This document shows, in pieces, positions 40,627-53,654 of a DNA stretch of 64,000 nt. The stretch covers positions 1 through 64,000 of the forward strand of contig JASVEC010000020.1 in assembly GCA_030770535.1 (NCBI GenBank). The letters run 5' to 3'. The DNA comes from Batkoa obscura. Its lineage: Eukaryota. A program made the position numbers and the translations under genes. A model generated the notes under the pieces. The model saw only the letters and a list, made by a program, of their open reading frames with translations. It ran no database searches and had not been told where the DNA came from. The stretch's first letter is position 1; each line of letters begins with the position of its first letter.

Positions 40627-41075
40627 TAATATAAAATTTAAGGCTGTAATGGCTGAGTAGTAGATATTTTTTTTATAATGTGATGTCAAGTAAAAATAAA
40701 GAATTAATAGTTATCATTTAAATAGTAATAATATTTTTAATTTATTTTATAAAATTATTAATTTTTGTATTTTTTCATTCTAATAAAAAATTAATTTAAT
40801 TCTATCTCCCATTTATCACATTTTGAGGATTGAGCCTTGATAAGATCAAAAAGATGTGCTACTTGCTATCCATGTGTAACAGTCATTAAATGGGACTTCA
40901 TACTAGGACCTGCCTGAGGGCGTTAAATTAAATTGACATGAAATAAAATTGACTGGATAAACTTTGATTAAGTATACTTTAAAAAAATAATTCCATTGGT
41001 TAGTTACTAAAGCTTCAAAACTAAACTTAGCAACACACTCATTTTTTATTTTTTTCAAAAAAAACTCCAAAAAAA

Positions 41076-41768
41076 ATGCCCAAAATTATATTTTGTAGGA
41101 AATGTAATAATATGACCTACCCGCGGATAGTGCGGGAAACTTCTAATTTATGTTATTTTTGTATCAAATGCCAAGCGGCCGCTTTAGGTAGTGAAAATTG
41201 TGTTTATCATCATCAAATATCGCATGTACCTAGTGAGTCTAAAATGGTAGTACCTGAACTTGGTGCGGATTTTACTTTACCTAGAAACTCAGGTGAAAAA
41301 TGTCCAAAATGTGATGCACCAGAGCCTGTATTTTTCCAAAGTAATTCAAAACACAAAGAAACTACTATGGTATTGTACTATGTTTGTTCAAGAAATAAAT
41401 GTTCTCATCGTTGGAATACTAAACCAGCTAAAAAGAAAGAAGAAAGAGAAGATAAAGACTTGGAAGAATTTGAAGGAGAGAATAACAATGAGGATATGAG
41501 AGGTAATGATACAATTAATGATATTGTCAATGAACCAGATTATGAAGATGATAATTACCAAGATGACGATAATATTTTTGAACCAAACTCTCAAGATGAA
41601 GATATAATTCAAGAAGACATTATCAAAAAAGAAAAGGATGAAAAAGCGATAGAAAATAATGAAAATAATCCAATAATAAATAATGAAGCTGATGAAAGTC
41701 AAGAGTTAAATGAAGTGGATTTTGAAGATTATGATATTAAAGAAGAAGGTTATGGAGGTGATTTCTAA
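41076..41768 (+). CDS. RPB9: RNA polymerase II Rpb9-like subunit with long acidic C-terminal extension
   Basis: Two Zn ribbons (FCRKCNNMTYP..CIKC; CPKC..VFFQS..MVLYYVC..CSHRW) and DFTLPR linker. Confidence 0.8.
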   Translation: MPKIIFCRKCNNMTYPRIVRETSNLCYFCIKCQAAALGSENCVYHHQISHVPSESKMVVPELGADFTLPRNSGEKCPKCDAPEPVFFQSNSKHKETTMVLYYVCSRNKCSHRWNTKPAKKKEEREDKDLEEFEGENNNEDMRGNDTINDIVNEPDYEDDNYQDDDNIFEPNSQDEDIIQEDIIKKEKDEKAIENNENNPIINNEADESQELNEVDFEDYDIKEEGYGGDF

Positions 41769-41923
41769 TTCTTTTGACTAGGCAGTAGATAAAATTTAAA
41801 ATATTTTCTTTTAAACTAATTTTTTGACTTAACTTATTTCTAATATATTATTATTTTTGTTTTACTTAAACGTATATTCAATAATTTAAAATATAAACAA
41901 AATCAAATTATAAACAATAAAAG

Positions 41924-43047
41924 TTAAGCTTCTATTTTATTAAAATGAGAAAATAAATCAGTCAATAATTGTTGAATAGCAAATTGTATAATTTGATAAA
42001 CGATAGTTTGTTGTTCTTCAGACAGCTTATCTAAAGATAAAATATCTTCATCATTCTTATTAATTAAAGTTGTAATAGATTTTGGAAGAAATTGCGAAAA
42101 GTTATAAATTATAGGTAATTTTAAGGCAGGATCATATAAAGTCAAACAAAACAAAATATCCGTTTCATTATCTTCAATTACCTTCATATTGATAATTTGA
42201 ATACATAAATAAAATATACTTTCTTTGGTTGGTATCATTAATTGAGTTTCTAAATTTTTAAATAAGTTATTGTTCTTTTGTTCTTTATCTTCTTTTAATA
42301 CTTGGTTCTCTTTTTGTAACTCATAGCTAATATTCGCTTTTTCAACTTTAAACTAAACAATTAATTAATTAATTAATATTAATATATAAATTAAGCTTAC
42401 TTTAGCAACATTATAACCTTCATTTAAACCTGGAGCAGGAACATCCAATAATTTCAAAGTATCATTATTTAATCCACTTCCTTCATTAGTTAGTAACTTT
42501 CTACCATCTTTAATAACAATTTTTTTAAAGTTAGCTTTATCATCTAGTATATGATCCCATAACTGTTGAATGTCATTTTGAATCATTGTAACGTCTTGAT
42601 TACAAATTAGATAAATAGTTAATTGATTAATATATTCCGTTGGACTTTTTAATGTATTCATTACATTTGTTACTGACTCTTTTGTTAACTCTTTAATTTC
42701 ACTCCCTAAAATATAACTTTCTTTAATAAAATAAAAAACAAAATCATAATAAACTTGCCTAATTTGTTGATAGTTGTATTTAAATAAGCAGTATTCGGAC
42801 TGGTTTGTACTTTTTCACTTAATTCATTGATAGCACTTCTTACTGAAGTTAAATTCGTTTGTAAATATTGCATATTTTGATTATCTTGAATCACTTTAGT
42901 AGCACTTCCCCACAACCCTGAAAAACTCCAATTATTTTGTGACGTTTCATTATCTTTTAGATCCTTTTTCTCGTCTTTTACATCTTTTATGTCCTCCTTT
43001 ACTTGCTTTATCTCCTCTTTTACTTCTTTATTATTGTTATTTTCCAT
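41924..43047 (-). CDS. Hypothetical protein, possibly Mtc1-like, 2 introns
   Basis: Three ORF pieces joinable by GT-AG introns; WSFSGLWGSAT motif. Confidence 0.55.
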
Positions 43048-43718
43048 TTTTTAGATTTAACTTGTTTATTTTTATTAAAATTAAAATGAAGTTAAATTCT
43101 AATATTTTGTGATATTTAATTGGATTAAACATTATTTGTAATTTATTTAGCATTAACACTATAGTATCAATATTTTAATAATATTGAGTTACTACTATTA
43201 CTATTGAGTTACAAGTAATATTAACAAATCAACATTACTTGAACTATATTAGCTTAGTTTGTTAGTATTTATAACTCATGATTTAGAATAATAGTAAATA
43301 ATCAAGGTGGAACATTCTTTTGTTTAAAAATTAGACAAGATTTTTTAACTTTTAACTTTAAAAAGTAATCAGGTTTTTGAAAGAAAATACTTTCTAAGCC
43401 ACTTAATTTTTAACATTTCAATGTAAAAGTTTAAATGATAAATATGTTTTTTTTAATACTGTGTTTTATTTAAATAAACAGATTTCTTAATATTGTGATA
43501 TTATTTTATAATTTATTTATTTAACCTTGAAAATTAAATTAGATTAAATTTCTTTTAGCAATTTAAATAATAGCATTAAAAACGTAATCAAATTGGGGTC
43601 CACAAAATGAGCCATTTGGCTCATTATAAATGATTGGTTCAAATCAATTAAAATTTTATCATAATTCCAACTTAAGCCACCAGAAATTTATCTTAATTAT
43701 TTTTATACTTTTAACAAT

Positions 43719-46261
43719 ATGGTAAATTAATTAAAATAAAGAATACAAATAAATAATAATATCATACTTAGGCGGGTGCTTTAGAAAACGCAAAAAAATA
43801 TTTACCAAAGATTCAAGATGAAGAAAGAGAAAGTCGTTTCGGCTATATTTTTTCAGTTTCTGGTCCAGGTAAATTAGATTAACTATAAATTGTAAATTAA
43901 TTTTAACTTTTATTTGATAGTTGTGGTCGCTGAAAAAATGTATGGCTCTGCTATGTATGAATTAGTATGTTTTATAACGACGTTATTTATATATGAGTAT
44001 ATTTATTAATATTATCTTTTAAAATAGGTACGTGTAGGCTATGAAGAGTTAGTTGGTGAAGTTATTCGTATTGATAGAGATAAAGCTACTATTCAAGTTT
44101 ATGAAGAAACTTGTAAGGAATAATAAATTAGTTTCATAGAAGAGAAATATTAAAATTTGTTATTTTTAGCTGGTTTAACTATTGGTGATCCTGTATTAAA
44201 AACTGGTAAACCACTTTCAGTTGAACTTGGTCCAGGTAGATAGCAATTTAAACTATAAACAATCATAATGACTTACTAATTTTGTTTTATTTCAGGTTTA
44301 ATGGAAAATATTTTTGATGGTATTCAGCGTCCATTAAAGGTAAGTTATATTTATATATTGATAGTGTAATACTGATATAATTTTTTATTAGGCTATTCAA
44401 GATCAAAGTGAAAGTATTTATATTCCACGTGGTGTTGCTACTACTGCTTTAGATAAAACTATTTCTTGGGATTTTTCTCCAACTGATTTTAAAGTGATTT
44501 GATATTGTAGCATTGTAATATATTTATTAATAATTTATTATAAATAATAGGTTGGTGATCATATTACCGGGGGTGATATTTTCGGCAGTATTTTTGAGAA
44601 TTCTCTCTTGAAGAATCATTCAATTATTTTACCACCTAAAGCACTTGGTACTGTTACTTATATTGCTCCAAAAGGACAATATACTATTGATGTAAATACA
44701 AATCATAATTAATTTAATAACAATGACTAAATAATTACTCTTTAAACAGGATACTGTTTTAGAAGTTGAATTCAATGGTGTAACTAATAAATATACTATG
44801 ATGCATACTTGGCCAGTACGTTCCCCAAGGCCAGTAGCTGAAAAATTAGCAGCTAATCATCCACTTTTAACTGGGCAACGTGTACTTGATGCTCTTTTCC
44901 CGTAATTTGATTTGAATATTTTATTATGTATATTTTGTTTAAATAATTATTTAGTTGTGTACAAGGTGGCACTACCGCTATCCCAGGCGCTTTTGGATGT
45001 GGTAAAACTGTAATTTCTCAATCCCTTTCAAAATATTCCAACTCTGATATCATTATTTATGTTGGTTGTGGTGAACGTGGTAATGAGATGGCTGAAGTAT
45101 TAATGGATTTCCCAGAAGTAAGAATATCACTTAGTTTAATAATACCATAGTTTATTAATTAATTTTAACTTGATAATTAGTTATCTGTTGCTATTGATGG
45201 TCAACAAGAATCTATCATGAAGCGTACTACTTTAGTAGCTAATACATCTAATATGCCTGTAGCTGCCCGTGAAGCTTCTATTTATACTGGTATTACTCTT
45301 TCTGAATATTTCCGTGATATGGGACGTAATGTTGCTATGATGGCTGATTCCACTTCTCGTTGGGCTGAAGCTTTACGTGAAATTTCGGGTCGTTTAGCTG
45401 AAATGCCAGCTGATTCTGGTTATCCAGCCTACCTTGGTGCCCGTCTTGCTTCTTTCTATGAGCGTGCTGGTAAAGTTACTTGTTTAGGTAATCCAAGACG
45501 TGAAGGTAGTGTTAGTGTAGTTGGTGCTGTATCGCCACCAGGTGGTGATTTCTCAGATCCAGTTACTTCAGCTACTTTAGGCATTGTACAAGTGTTTTGG
45601 GGCTTAGATAAAAAATTAGCTCAACGTAAACATTTCCCTTCTGTTAATTGGTCCCAATCTTATTCTAAGTACATGAAGGCACTTGAACCTTATTATGAAA
45701 AAGCAGATTCTGAATTCATTGGATTACGTACTAAATGTAAAGAAATTCTTCAAATGGAAGAAGATCTTTCTGAAATTGTACAATTAGTAGGAAAGGTAAA
45801 TTCGGTTTGTAATAAAAACAATGAATGTTTATTAATATTATTTTAATAGAGTGCTTTAGCTGAAAGTGATAAGATTACTTTAGAAGTAGCACGTATTATT
45901 AAAGATGATTTCTTACAACAAAATGGGTATTCATCATATGATAAATATTGCCCATTTTATAAAACAGTCTGGTTATTACGTAATATGATTAGCTTTTATA
46001 GAGAGGCTACTCACGCAGTTGAAGTAACTAATAACCAAATTACATGGGCTAAAATTCGTGATTCTATGGGTGATTTACTTTATAAATTATCATCTATGAA
46101 ATTTGAGGTAAAATCTATTGTTACAAAATTTATAAATGTGCGATATTTAATATTTTATTTTATTAATTTAGGATCCTGCTGATGGTGAAGAAGTATTAGT
46201 TTCTCGTTATCAAAACCTTCAAAAAGAAATTGAAGAACGATTCCGTCAACTTGTAGATTAA
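43719..46261 (+). CDS. VMA1: V-ATPase catalytic subunit A, many short introns, no intein
   Basis: [51 protein letters not shown]. Confidence 0.97.
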
Positions 46262-46689
46262 ACAGTATGAACTATTAATATTCTAAGTTGATTAATATAA
46301 TCCCATCGACCTGCCTTTAATCAATTTCTGTTTTTTTCTATTATTTCATAAATGATAATTTGAATCTATTATTAAATACTTTAGATTATATATTATTACT
46401 ATTTTGAAGGTGTAAACTACTTTATTTTACTATTTTCATAAATTTATCATGAAATTAAATACGAGATATGAAAATACCTTTATTCTAATAAAACACAATG
46501 TTACTGCTGCAACACCTTATAAAAATCAAACTATAAAGTATAGAGAGTACATGATGGTTTGAATCTGATTTAGTTTAACTAATATTAGATTAATGCAACT
46601 AGAGAAATTACATAATTATTATCCTAGCCTTCTAAATCGAGATTATATAAGCACATTTTTACTTAAACTTTGAATATCCAGTATTCATT

Positions 46690-47590
46690 GTGTTGTTCAT
46701 GCGAGAATGCGAGTTGCAGGGGTTAGGAAGAGGTGAGGGTACTAACCAGACAAGCATTAGCTTTTTTACTTCAAAAAAACTCCTATTTCAGATAAGGCTT
46801 TGTTTCAGTTAAAAAAGGAATTATTTAGAAATAAAAAGTAGCTGTTATATGCTTTTAATAAGGTTAAGTTAGAGAAGCTAGGGTTAATGTTTAAATTTAA
46901 CTAGATTTAATCAGCTATTTGTTTGATAAAAATCAATACTTTACCAAAAACGCTACCAACTCAGCCAGTACACTCCTACCACTGAAATTTAATTTGATTT
47001 TTAAGCTTGAAGTTAAAATGCTTTGGCTAAAAACCAAACAACTTGATGTGATTGCTTTTATTAGATTTTTAACACACAGCTAAACCAAGCTGTTATTGAT
47101 TTCGTAAAAGAACTAAAGAAATTGTAGAGTCAAATAAATTTAGATTATTTAGTATTCAAAACTTTAGAATAAACAATATCTAGCAACTTGAATAACCCAA
47201 AGGCAATGAAATCATTAAGAATCTCATATAAGAAATTCAAGTCCTGATATCAGTTTAATTACACTATATTAATATAATAAAGCCACGAAACTATATCTTA
47301 GATCCTTTCCAAGCCTACCTGATTAGATTGAACTCCCTTACTCGGCTAATAAACAACAACTTGCTTCTCCTACTTCTACTGAATTGCTTATGTAGTAGAG
47401 AGTTTGCCAGAGCGAGGATGTTAAAAATTAGAAATTAAGTTGATACTAAAAGCAAATCAACAATGTGTTCATCTTATGCCCTGATCATCCTACAGGGTCA
47501 AACCCATCTAACAAAAACTTACCTTTGCTGACAGATCTGGGGCCAAGCAGGATGTAGCACTTCGTCAGAATTGTTAAAAGGCTAAATAGT
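46690..47590 (-). ncRNA. Candidate large structured ncRNA (possible telomerase RNA)
   Basis: ORF-free, locally GC-enriched, many nested helices whose mismatches are G-U only on the minus strand; UAACCCUA and CCUAACCC words on the minus strand. Confidence 0.45.
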
Positions 47591-48414
47591 AAAGATGATT
47601 TCATTAAAAAAATTAGATCTTCTCAATAAAAAATATTTTATACTTAGATTTTACAAAATATACCCTAAATGGATTAAATAGCTATATGGGATTTGATTAT
47701 ATTTTTAGTCAAATTTGAGAATTGAGCATTTAGCTAAATAAGCAATCAAAAATGATTCTGGTTGTTTATTAAATTTTTAAAGCATAATTATAAACTTTTA
47801 TTATAATTTTCAACAATTATCAATGGTGTTTTATTTCATTTAAAATAAACAAAAATCAATCGTATAAAATATAGTAAGAATCGTGATATTATTCTTTTTC
47901 TTTTGATATCATTAAATATTCCGCTTATGTCTTTTTTGTATTAAAATTTATCGTATTGAGTTCTACATTGATTTCATGCGATTTGTTTTTTGTCTAGACA
48001 GTGATTTTAACTTTAAGTCAAGCTGATGAATTATTGTGATATACAACTTCAAGGTATAAAAAATATTTTAAAGTAAGAAATAAAATCTCTAATTATTTTT
48101 ATCCCTTTGAGTACTCATAAAAATCAACTATGATCTACAAAAAGTTTTAAACACAGTTAGCTTAGTAGTAAAGAAATAACTAAATTAAAAAAACTTATTT
48201 TAATTTAGATGATAGCAGTCGTAAATTTTTAAAAATATATATTGTAGTATAAATCATAATATCAAACAAGTAAATTTCCTAGTCTTATTTCATCTAAATG
48301 AAGCTTTTTTAGTTGATATTTTTGTTGACATTTTATTGAACCTTATACAAAAGTGTGGTATCTCCATTTTACAAATTTGTTAAGCTAAAATTTTCACTAG
48401 GCTTGAATTAATGC

Positions 48415-48517
48415 TATGAGAGGATGTATTTTTTGTTTAGGAATTTTATTAGCAATTGTTCTACTCAGATGGTGCTTAAAAATGGAAAGGGTGATGAAAT
48501 AAAAAACACCTCCATAT
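48415..48517. mobile_element. Degenerate MITE-like copy
   Basis: GGATGTATTTTTTGTTTAGGAATTTT..AAAAAACACCTCCATAT. Confidence 0.75.
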
Positions 48518-48901
48518 ACAGGTTGTCTAATGTTTTAATGGTCAATATAAAGGTGTATAATCTAGTGAAAAATACGATTACACTAATAAAATTGATAAAA
48601 AATAATAGAAAAATATTTGAATTTTATTCTTTTTTATTTTATTTTATTCAAACTATAATAAAATGATAAAGCTATTATTTTTAAAGCAATTATATACAAT
48701 AGTCATTTTCTAAAATTTTGATCAAATTTTAATAAATTTTTCTAATTTACAATTAAAAAACATTAGTACATATTTCGAAGCCTTCTGTATCATCTAATAT
48801 TGCTATATTAAAGGTTTATTTAATTTTTTTTAATATGAATTGCTACTTTTATAAAACCGTGTACTCTAAATTAATTAAATCAACCAAAGATTTTTGAAAG
48901 C

Positions 48902-49248
48902 ATATGGGGATGTATTTTTGTATTTAAGAATTTTACTGACAATTTTTCCACATAAATAGCGCTTAAAAAATGGAAAAATAATGAAACTAAAAAAAACAGC
49001 CCCATATTAAAGAGGAATTTTTATAGATAGTATTCAAACTTAAATTCCAGTATAAATAATTTGTATTTCTGTTAAATCTCTGCTGATTTTAATTTTGTTT
49101 TTTCTGCTGAAAACTTTTCCTGTATCTGTATTATATTTAAAAAAAATGAGATGAGGATGTTTTTTTTAGTCTCATTACTTCTATTTTTTAAGGCCTATTT
49201 GAGCAGAAAAATTGTTAGTAAAATTCTTAAACAAATACATCCTCATAT
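48902..49248. mobile_element. Inverted pair of MITE-like copies (48902-49007 and 49151-49248)
   Basis: Family consensus in both orientations, ~143-bp spacer. Confidence 0.85.
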
Positions 49249-49679
49249 TATATATATTCAAGCATCAAATTATATTATAGAAGCCTTTTAGTTTGCGTCT
49301 TTTAGGCTAAAAAATTTATATCAAAGCTTTTAATGTAAATAAAAATTTAAATTTTAAATGACTCATTTTAAGCCACTTTGTTTTAGTATTAATAACTCTA
49401 GTATTTTTGATATTATCGATACGGGTTAAGATCAGTAAAAATCAGATATTTTAAACCATGTTTATTAATATCCATTATCTTACTCCTCCTTCTTTCAAAA
49501 TTATAGTGCATTAAAAATACCCATAATAACTCTAAACATCCTGTATTAAAATAAAAGCAAGTTTATTCCTTTCTATTTTTATTTTTAAGTATTTTTATAT
49601 AACTAATAGTTCAGCTCAATTTTTTTTTTTGAAAAATACACTCAATTGTAACTTTAAGTATCTGTTATTTAATTTTAAT

Positions 49680-52130
49680 ATGTCACTTCCGATAAGCAAA
49701 TGGCCGGTACGTCATAAACTAATTTTGATCGAAGCAGCCAAAAAATACCAGTTTGAAGCATGGGAGCATGTACAATATTATTTAATGAATCATCCATGGA
49801 CCAAGTTAGAAATCGATGTTAATGTAACTTTAAAAAATCACAAATTTTAATTCAAACTAAACCAAATTTTAGGATACAGAGCTAGCTCTCATTCAATTAT
49901 TAGATAGCTTTTCAACTGATATTTCCGTGTTGAAGTAATTAAGTTTGAGTTTAAAAGTGAGAACACTAACAGTTTTTATTAGAAATGAAAATGATAATAA
50001 GATGTTTGATGAAATTTATCAAGCAATAAGGACAGAATATAAGAATGTCTTAAAGGAACAGCAAACAGAAGTCAACGAAATTTTCAAGGCTCTCAAACGT
50101 AAAGCAGATGATACGATTGCTAGTCCATTGAAAAATAGAAAGAAAAATGGTAATGATTTTTATAATCAGATTATCAATTGAAGTTCATTTTTTTTAGATA
50201 GTGACAGTGGTAATGAATCTGAAATCGAGGATAAAACTGAGAATAGTAAAATTAATTTTGAGCTGCTCAGGGACCCAGAGTATTTTAAAATGGTTAACCA
50301 AAACCTTAAAGTTTTATTTAAAAATGTTTTGGATAAGGAAAGTAAACAATCGAATGAATTAGAAAACGGTATTTAACAGTTTTTATTTTATTTCAATTAG
50401 TAATTTTTTTAGAAAAAATAATTGAAGATTATAATACCGTTGTTGAAATCAATGACGATACAGTTGGAACACCTACCACTTTAGAAAATCAAAATCAAAG
50501 TTTAAACTTAACAGATAAGCCTACACTTGAGAAAACTAACTCTTCAAATAAAAAATCAGAATCTGTAATCTTAATCACAAATTCGGAAAAAGCAAGCGAC
50601 CTAAGTGCTGAATCAACAAAGTTAACAAAAGGTCAAGCTATTGGAACATATGATATGGAATTAAAAGGAAAAGACTCGATGAAAGCATTAACTATTAAAG
50701 ATATTGGGTTAGAAAACCAAACAGATGAAGGTAATTGTAACAAATTTAGTATTAAAACTAAATAATAATTTAAAAATTTTCAAGATAGCAATTATGAAAA
50801 TATTAATAATGAAGAAAGTGAACTTAATTCACAAAAGAATAATTCTGAGGAAATCATACCTTTAGGAGAAACCTTGCCAGAAGCAGCAATTGAAACAACA
50901 AATACAACTGTGTCAGATGAAAATAAAGAAACTACTCACGAATTAGAAAGTAAAATTGAAACAATAGTTGATAAACAGAAGCCCTTATTAGATATACAAG
51001 AGCAACCAAAGAGGGATATGGTATCTAACACTTCTGATATAGTTCAAGAATCGAATGATATGACCAATGAAGGTGAAAAAACAGGTAAAATAATAGAATG
51101 TCTAATAGTGCATCTAACTTATTTTATAGTAAATGCTAGTGTTTCAATCAATGATAAAGAATTGTTTATCAAAGATAAGAAATTTAATGGAGAGAATGAA
51201 ATAAACGTTGAAAATAGCAATATTAAAGAAGCTCCTCAATCAATATCAATCGGATATTCGAATATACTCAATGATCCAGAAGTCATGAGCAAGGATGAAA
51301 AGAATAAATCACATGAAATCAAGGAGTATAATAATGAGAAAAATGATGCTCAAAAACATATCGAGGAAGAGGAAATAAATAACGGAGACATTGATGATAA
51401 TGAACAAAAAGCTGTGATTGAAGTTGAAAATATTGAATACAGTGATTCTCAAGGTTTAGCAAAGGTGGAAGAAGAGATGGATGAAATAATAAAGAAGTTG
51501 AAAATGGAAGGAGAAAATGAAAAGGGTATCGAAATTAAACAAGAGAAGAAAGAAGAAAGAATAGGAACACCCACCATAAAAGGAATATTGAGCAAAAATA
51601 AAGAAATTAAAGAAGAAAAGAAGCAAGTTAGCTTTATCAATATACCAACTGAAGCTAATACTACCTTCACATCTACAGTGAATACTCCCTCTACTATTGC
51701 AGATCACACACCTTCTGAATTTTACGTTAAAGACAACCCAAAGAAGTGGAAAAAATTGGCTCTTATGGTCTTAAGAGAAATTTCAAATCATCGGTTAGCA
51801 CCTTTGTTTCAGAAGCCTATTAAAGAAACAGTAGCACCAGGTTACTATGATATTGTATTAGAGCCTATTGATTTAAATAAAATAGCCAGGAAAATTAAAG
51901 AAGGGGTAAGTAATTTAATTATCATTTATCATATATTTACATTAATTAATCATAAATAGACAATTACAAATACTGAAGAATTTACACGAGATATTTTATT
52001 AATGTGTCAAAATGCTCTAATGTTTAATCGACAAGACACTGAGATTTATGCAATGGCTTTAGAAATGTTACAAGCTGTACAATCTAACCTTGAAACTTTA
52101 ATGGAAACGGATCTTTATCGATTAAATTAA
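49680..52130 (+). CDS. Bromodomain protein, BRD8-like, multi-intron
   Basis: SANT-like N-terminus, long acidic linker, C-terminal bromodomain ISNHRLAPLFQKPI..APGYYDIV..PIDL..MCQNALMFN. Confidence 0.8.
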
Positions 52131-52137
52131 TAAATTG

Positions 52138-53654
52138 CTAGTTTAAATATTCAACCCATTCTGAAGGTTTTTCACCATACTATAAACCAATATTAATATT
52201 TTATTATATTGTTATCACTATTCTATTTACTTGTATTGATAAAATTTCATTAAATAATTTTGATGCCAATGGGCCAGCTTGTGCAATACTATCATTTTCG
52301 TCTAAAGGAATCCTGATAATCTTAAAATAAACTAATTAAATTTCGCATAATATTTTATATTTCTTACATCTCCTTTGTAATAAATCTCTTTGATTGGCGA
52401 TATAATACATGCTGTACCTGTGCCAAACATTTCTAAAAGCTAATATTATATTATTAATATATTATATTTACTATTGTAATTATTGGTTTACTCTATTTTC
52501 AGCAACTAATTGGATTATGTCCTTCATTGTAATACTCCCTTCTACCATTTTAATTTCAGAGTCTGAAGCCATAAGTTCAACAATTGAAGCACGTGTGACT
52601 CCAGGCAAAATAGTGCCATCCAATGGTGGAGTTTTTAAAACTTTATCTAATTTGAAAATGATTAAACAAGGTAGAACATTACATAAAAATAAAACGTACT
52701 CTTCTGCTCATCTATATAGTACAAAAACAAATTCATTGTACCAACCTCTGTAATACTTTCCTCTTCTCCAAACAGCCATAAATTTTGTTGACAGTTGTAC
52801 TGTTTTGCTATATTTTGAGCTAAAAGTCCAGGGCCATAATTGCTAAATAAAGGTTAATAAGTATATTCTTCTTGTAAAATAAATTACATACCCTCCAATT
52901 TTTGAGCTTCCTGTACCCCCAGGCCAAGCTCTAACAAACTCTTTGGTAGCATACAAGCGAACCGCTTGAAATCCAGTGGGATAGTATGGGCCTACTGGTG
53001 AGCAAATGACATAGAGTAATGCTTTATTTGAGGAAGCAACGCCTAAATAACTCTAATTTCCATTAGCTTGATTACTTCATAGGATAAAAAAATCCTTACT
53101 TGTGTAGCAATAACGGTAGGTCTTATATATAATGAGTACCCTTTTTGATCTGGGATCCATCTTTGATCTGTTAGGATCAATTTTTTAATTACTTCGAGTA
53201 GTTCAATTTCATTAAATGTAGGCAAAGTCAAACGTTTACAAGAGTCATTTAAACGTTTCATATTGTCTAAGGCTCTAAATAAAATGATTTTGCCTTCCTT
53301 TGTTTTATACGCTTTTAAACCTTCAAAACACTTTTACGATCAATTTTAATTCATTAAAAAGATAATATAAATAATAAAGGTTACCTCAATACCATAATGA
53401 AATACTAAAGCTGATGGATCTAAACTTAAGTTTTGATATGGTTGAATCTTAGCTTGGTCCCAACCTGCAGTTGAGTCCCATTCTATGCTTAACATATGGT
53501 CACTAAAGGTTTTGCCAAATTGTAACTCTTCATTTGGGACTAATGGCTTCAATTCTTTTGATACTTCGATCTTTATATTATTTTTCTATAATATATGATT
53601 AATAAACATAAATCATTATCTTGTTTAAAATGTAAATACGTTTATTTCTTGCAT
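52138..53654 (-). CDS. BAT1: Branched-chain amino acid aminotransferase, multi-intron
   Basis: [65 protein letters not shown]. Confidence 0.93.

Noticed and set aside
45055..45085. VDE intein site in VMA1
   Set aside because: YVGCGERG is contiguous; no intein is present
46553..46680. snR30/U17-like m1/m2 motifs (AUAUUC.., AAACCAU) on the minus strand
   Set aside because: m1 is imperfect, the spacing is too long, and no ACA box follows m2
47515..47570. U1 snRNA (ACTTACCT) or hammerhead (CUGACGA) identity
   Set aside because: No U1 stem-loops or Sm site, and no GAAA after a hammerhead stem II
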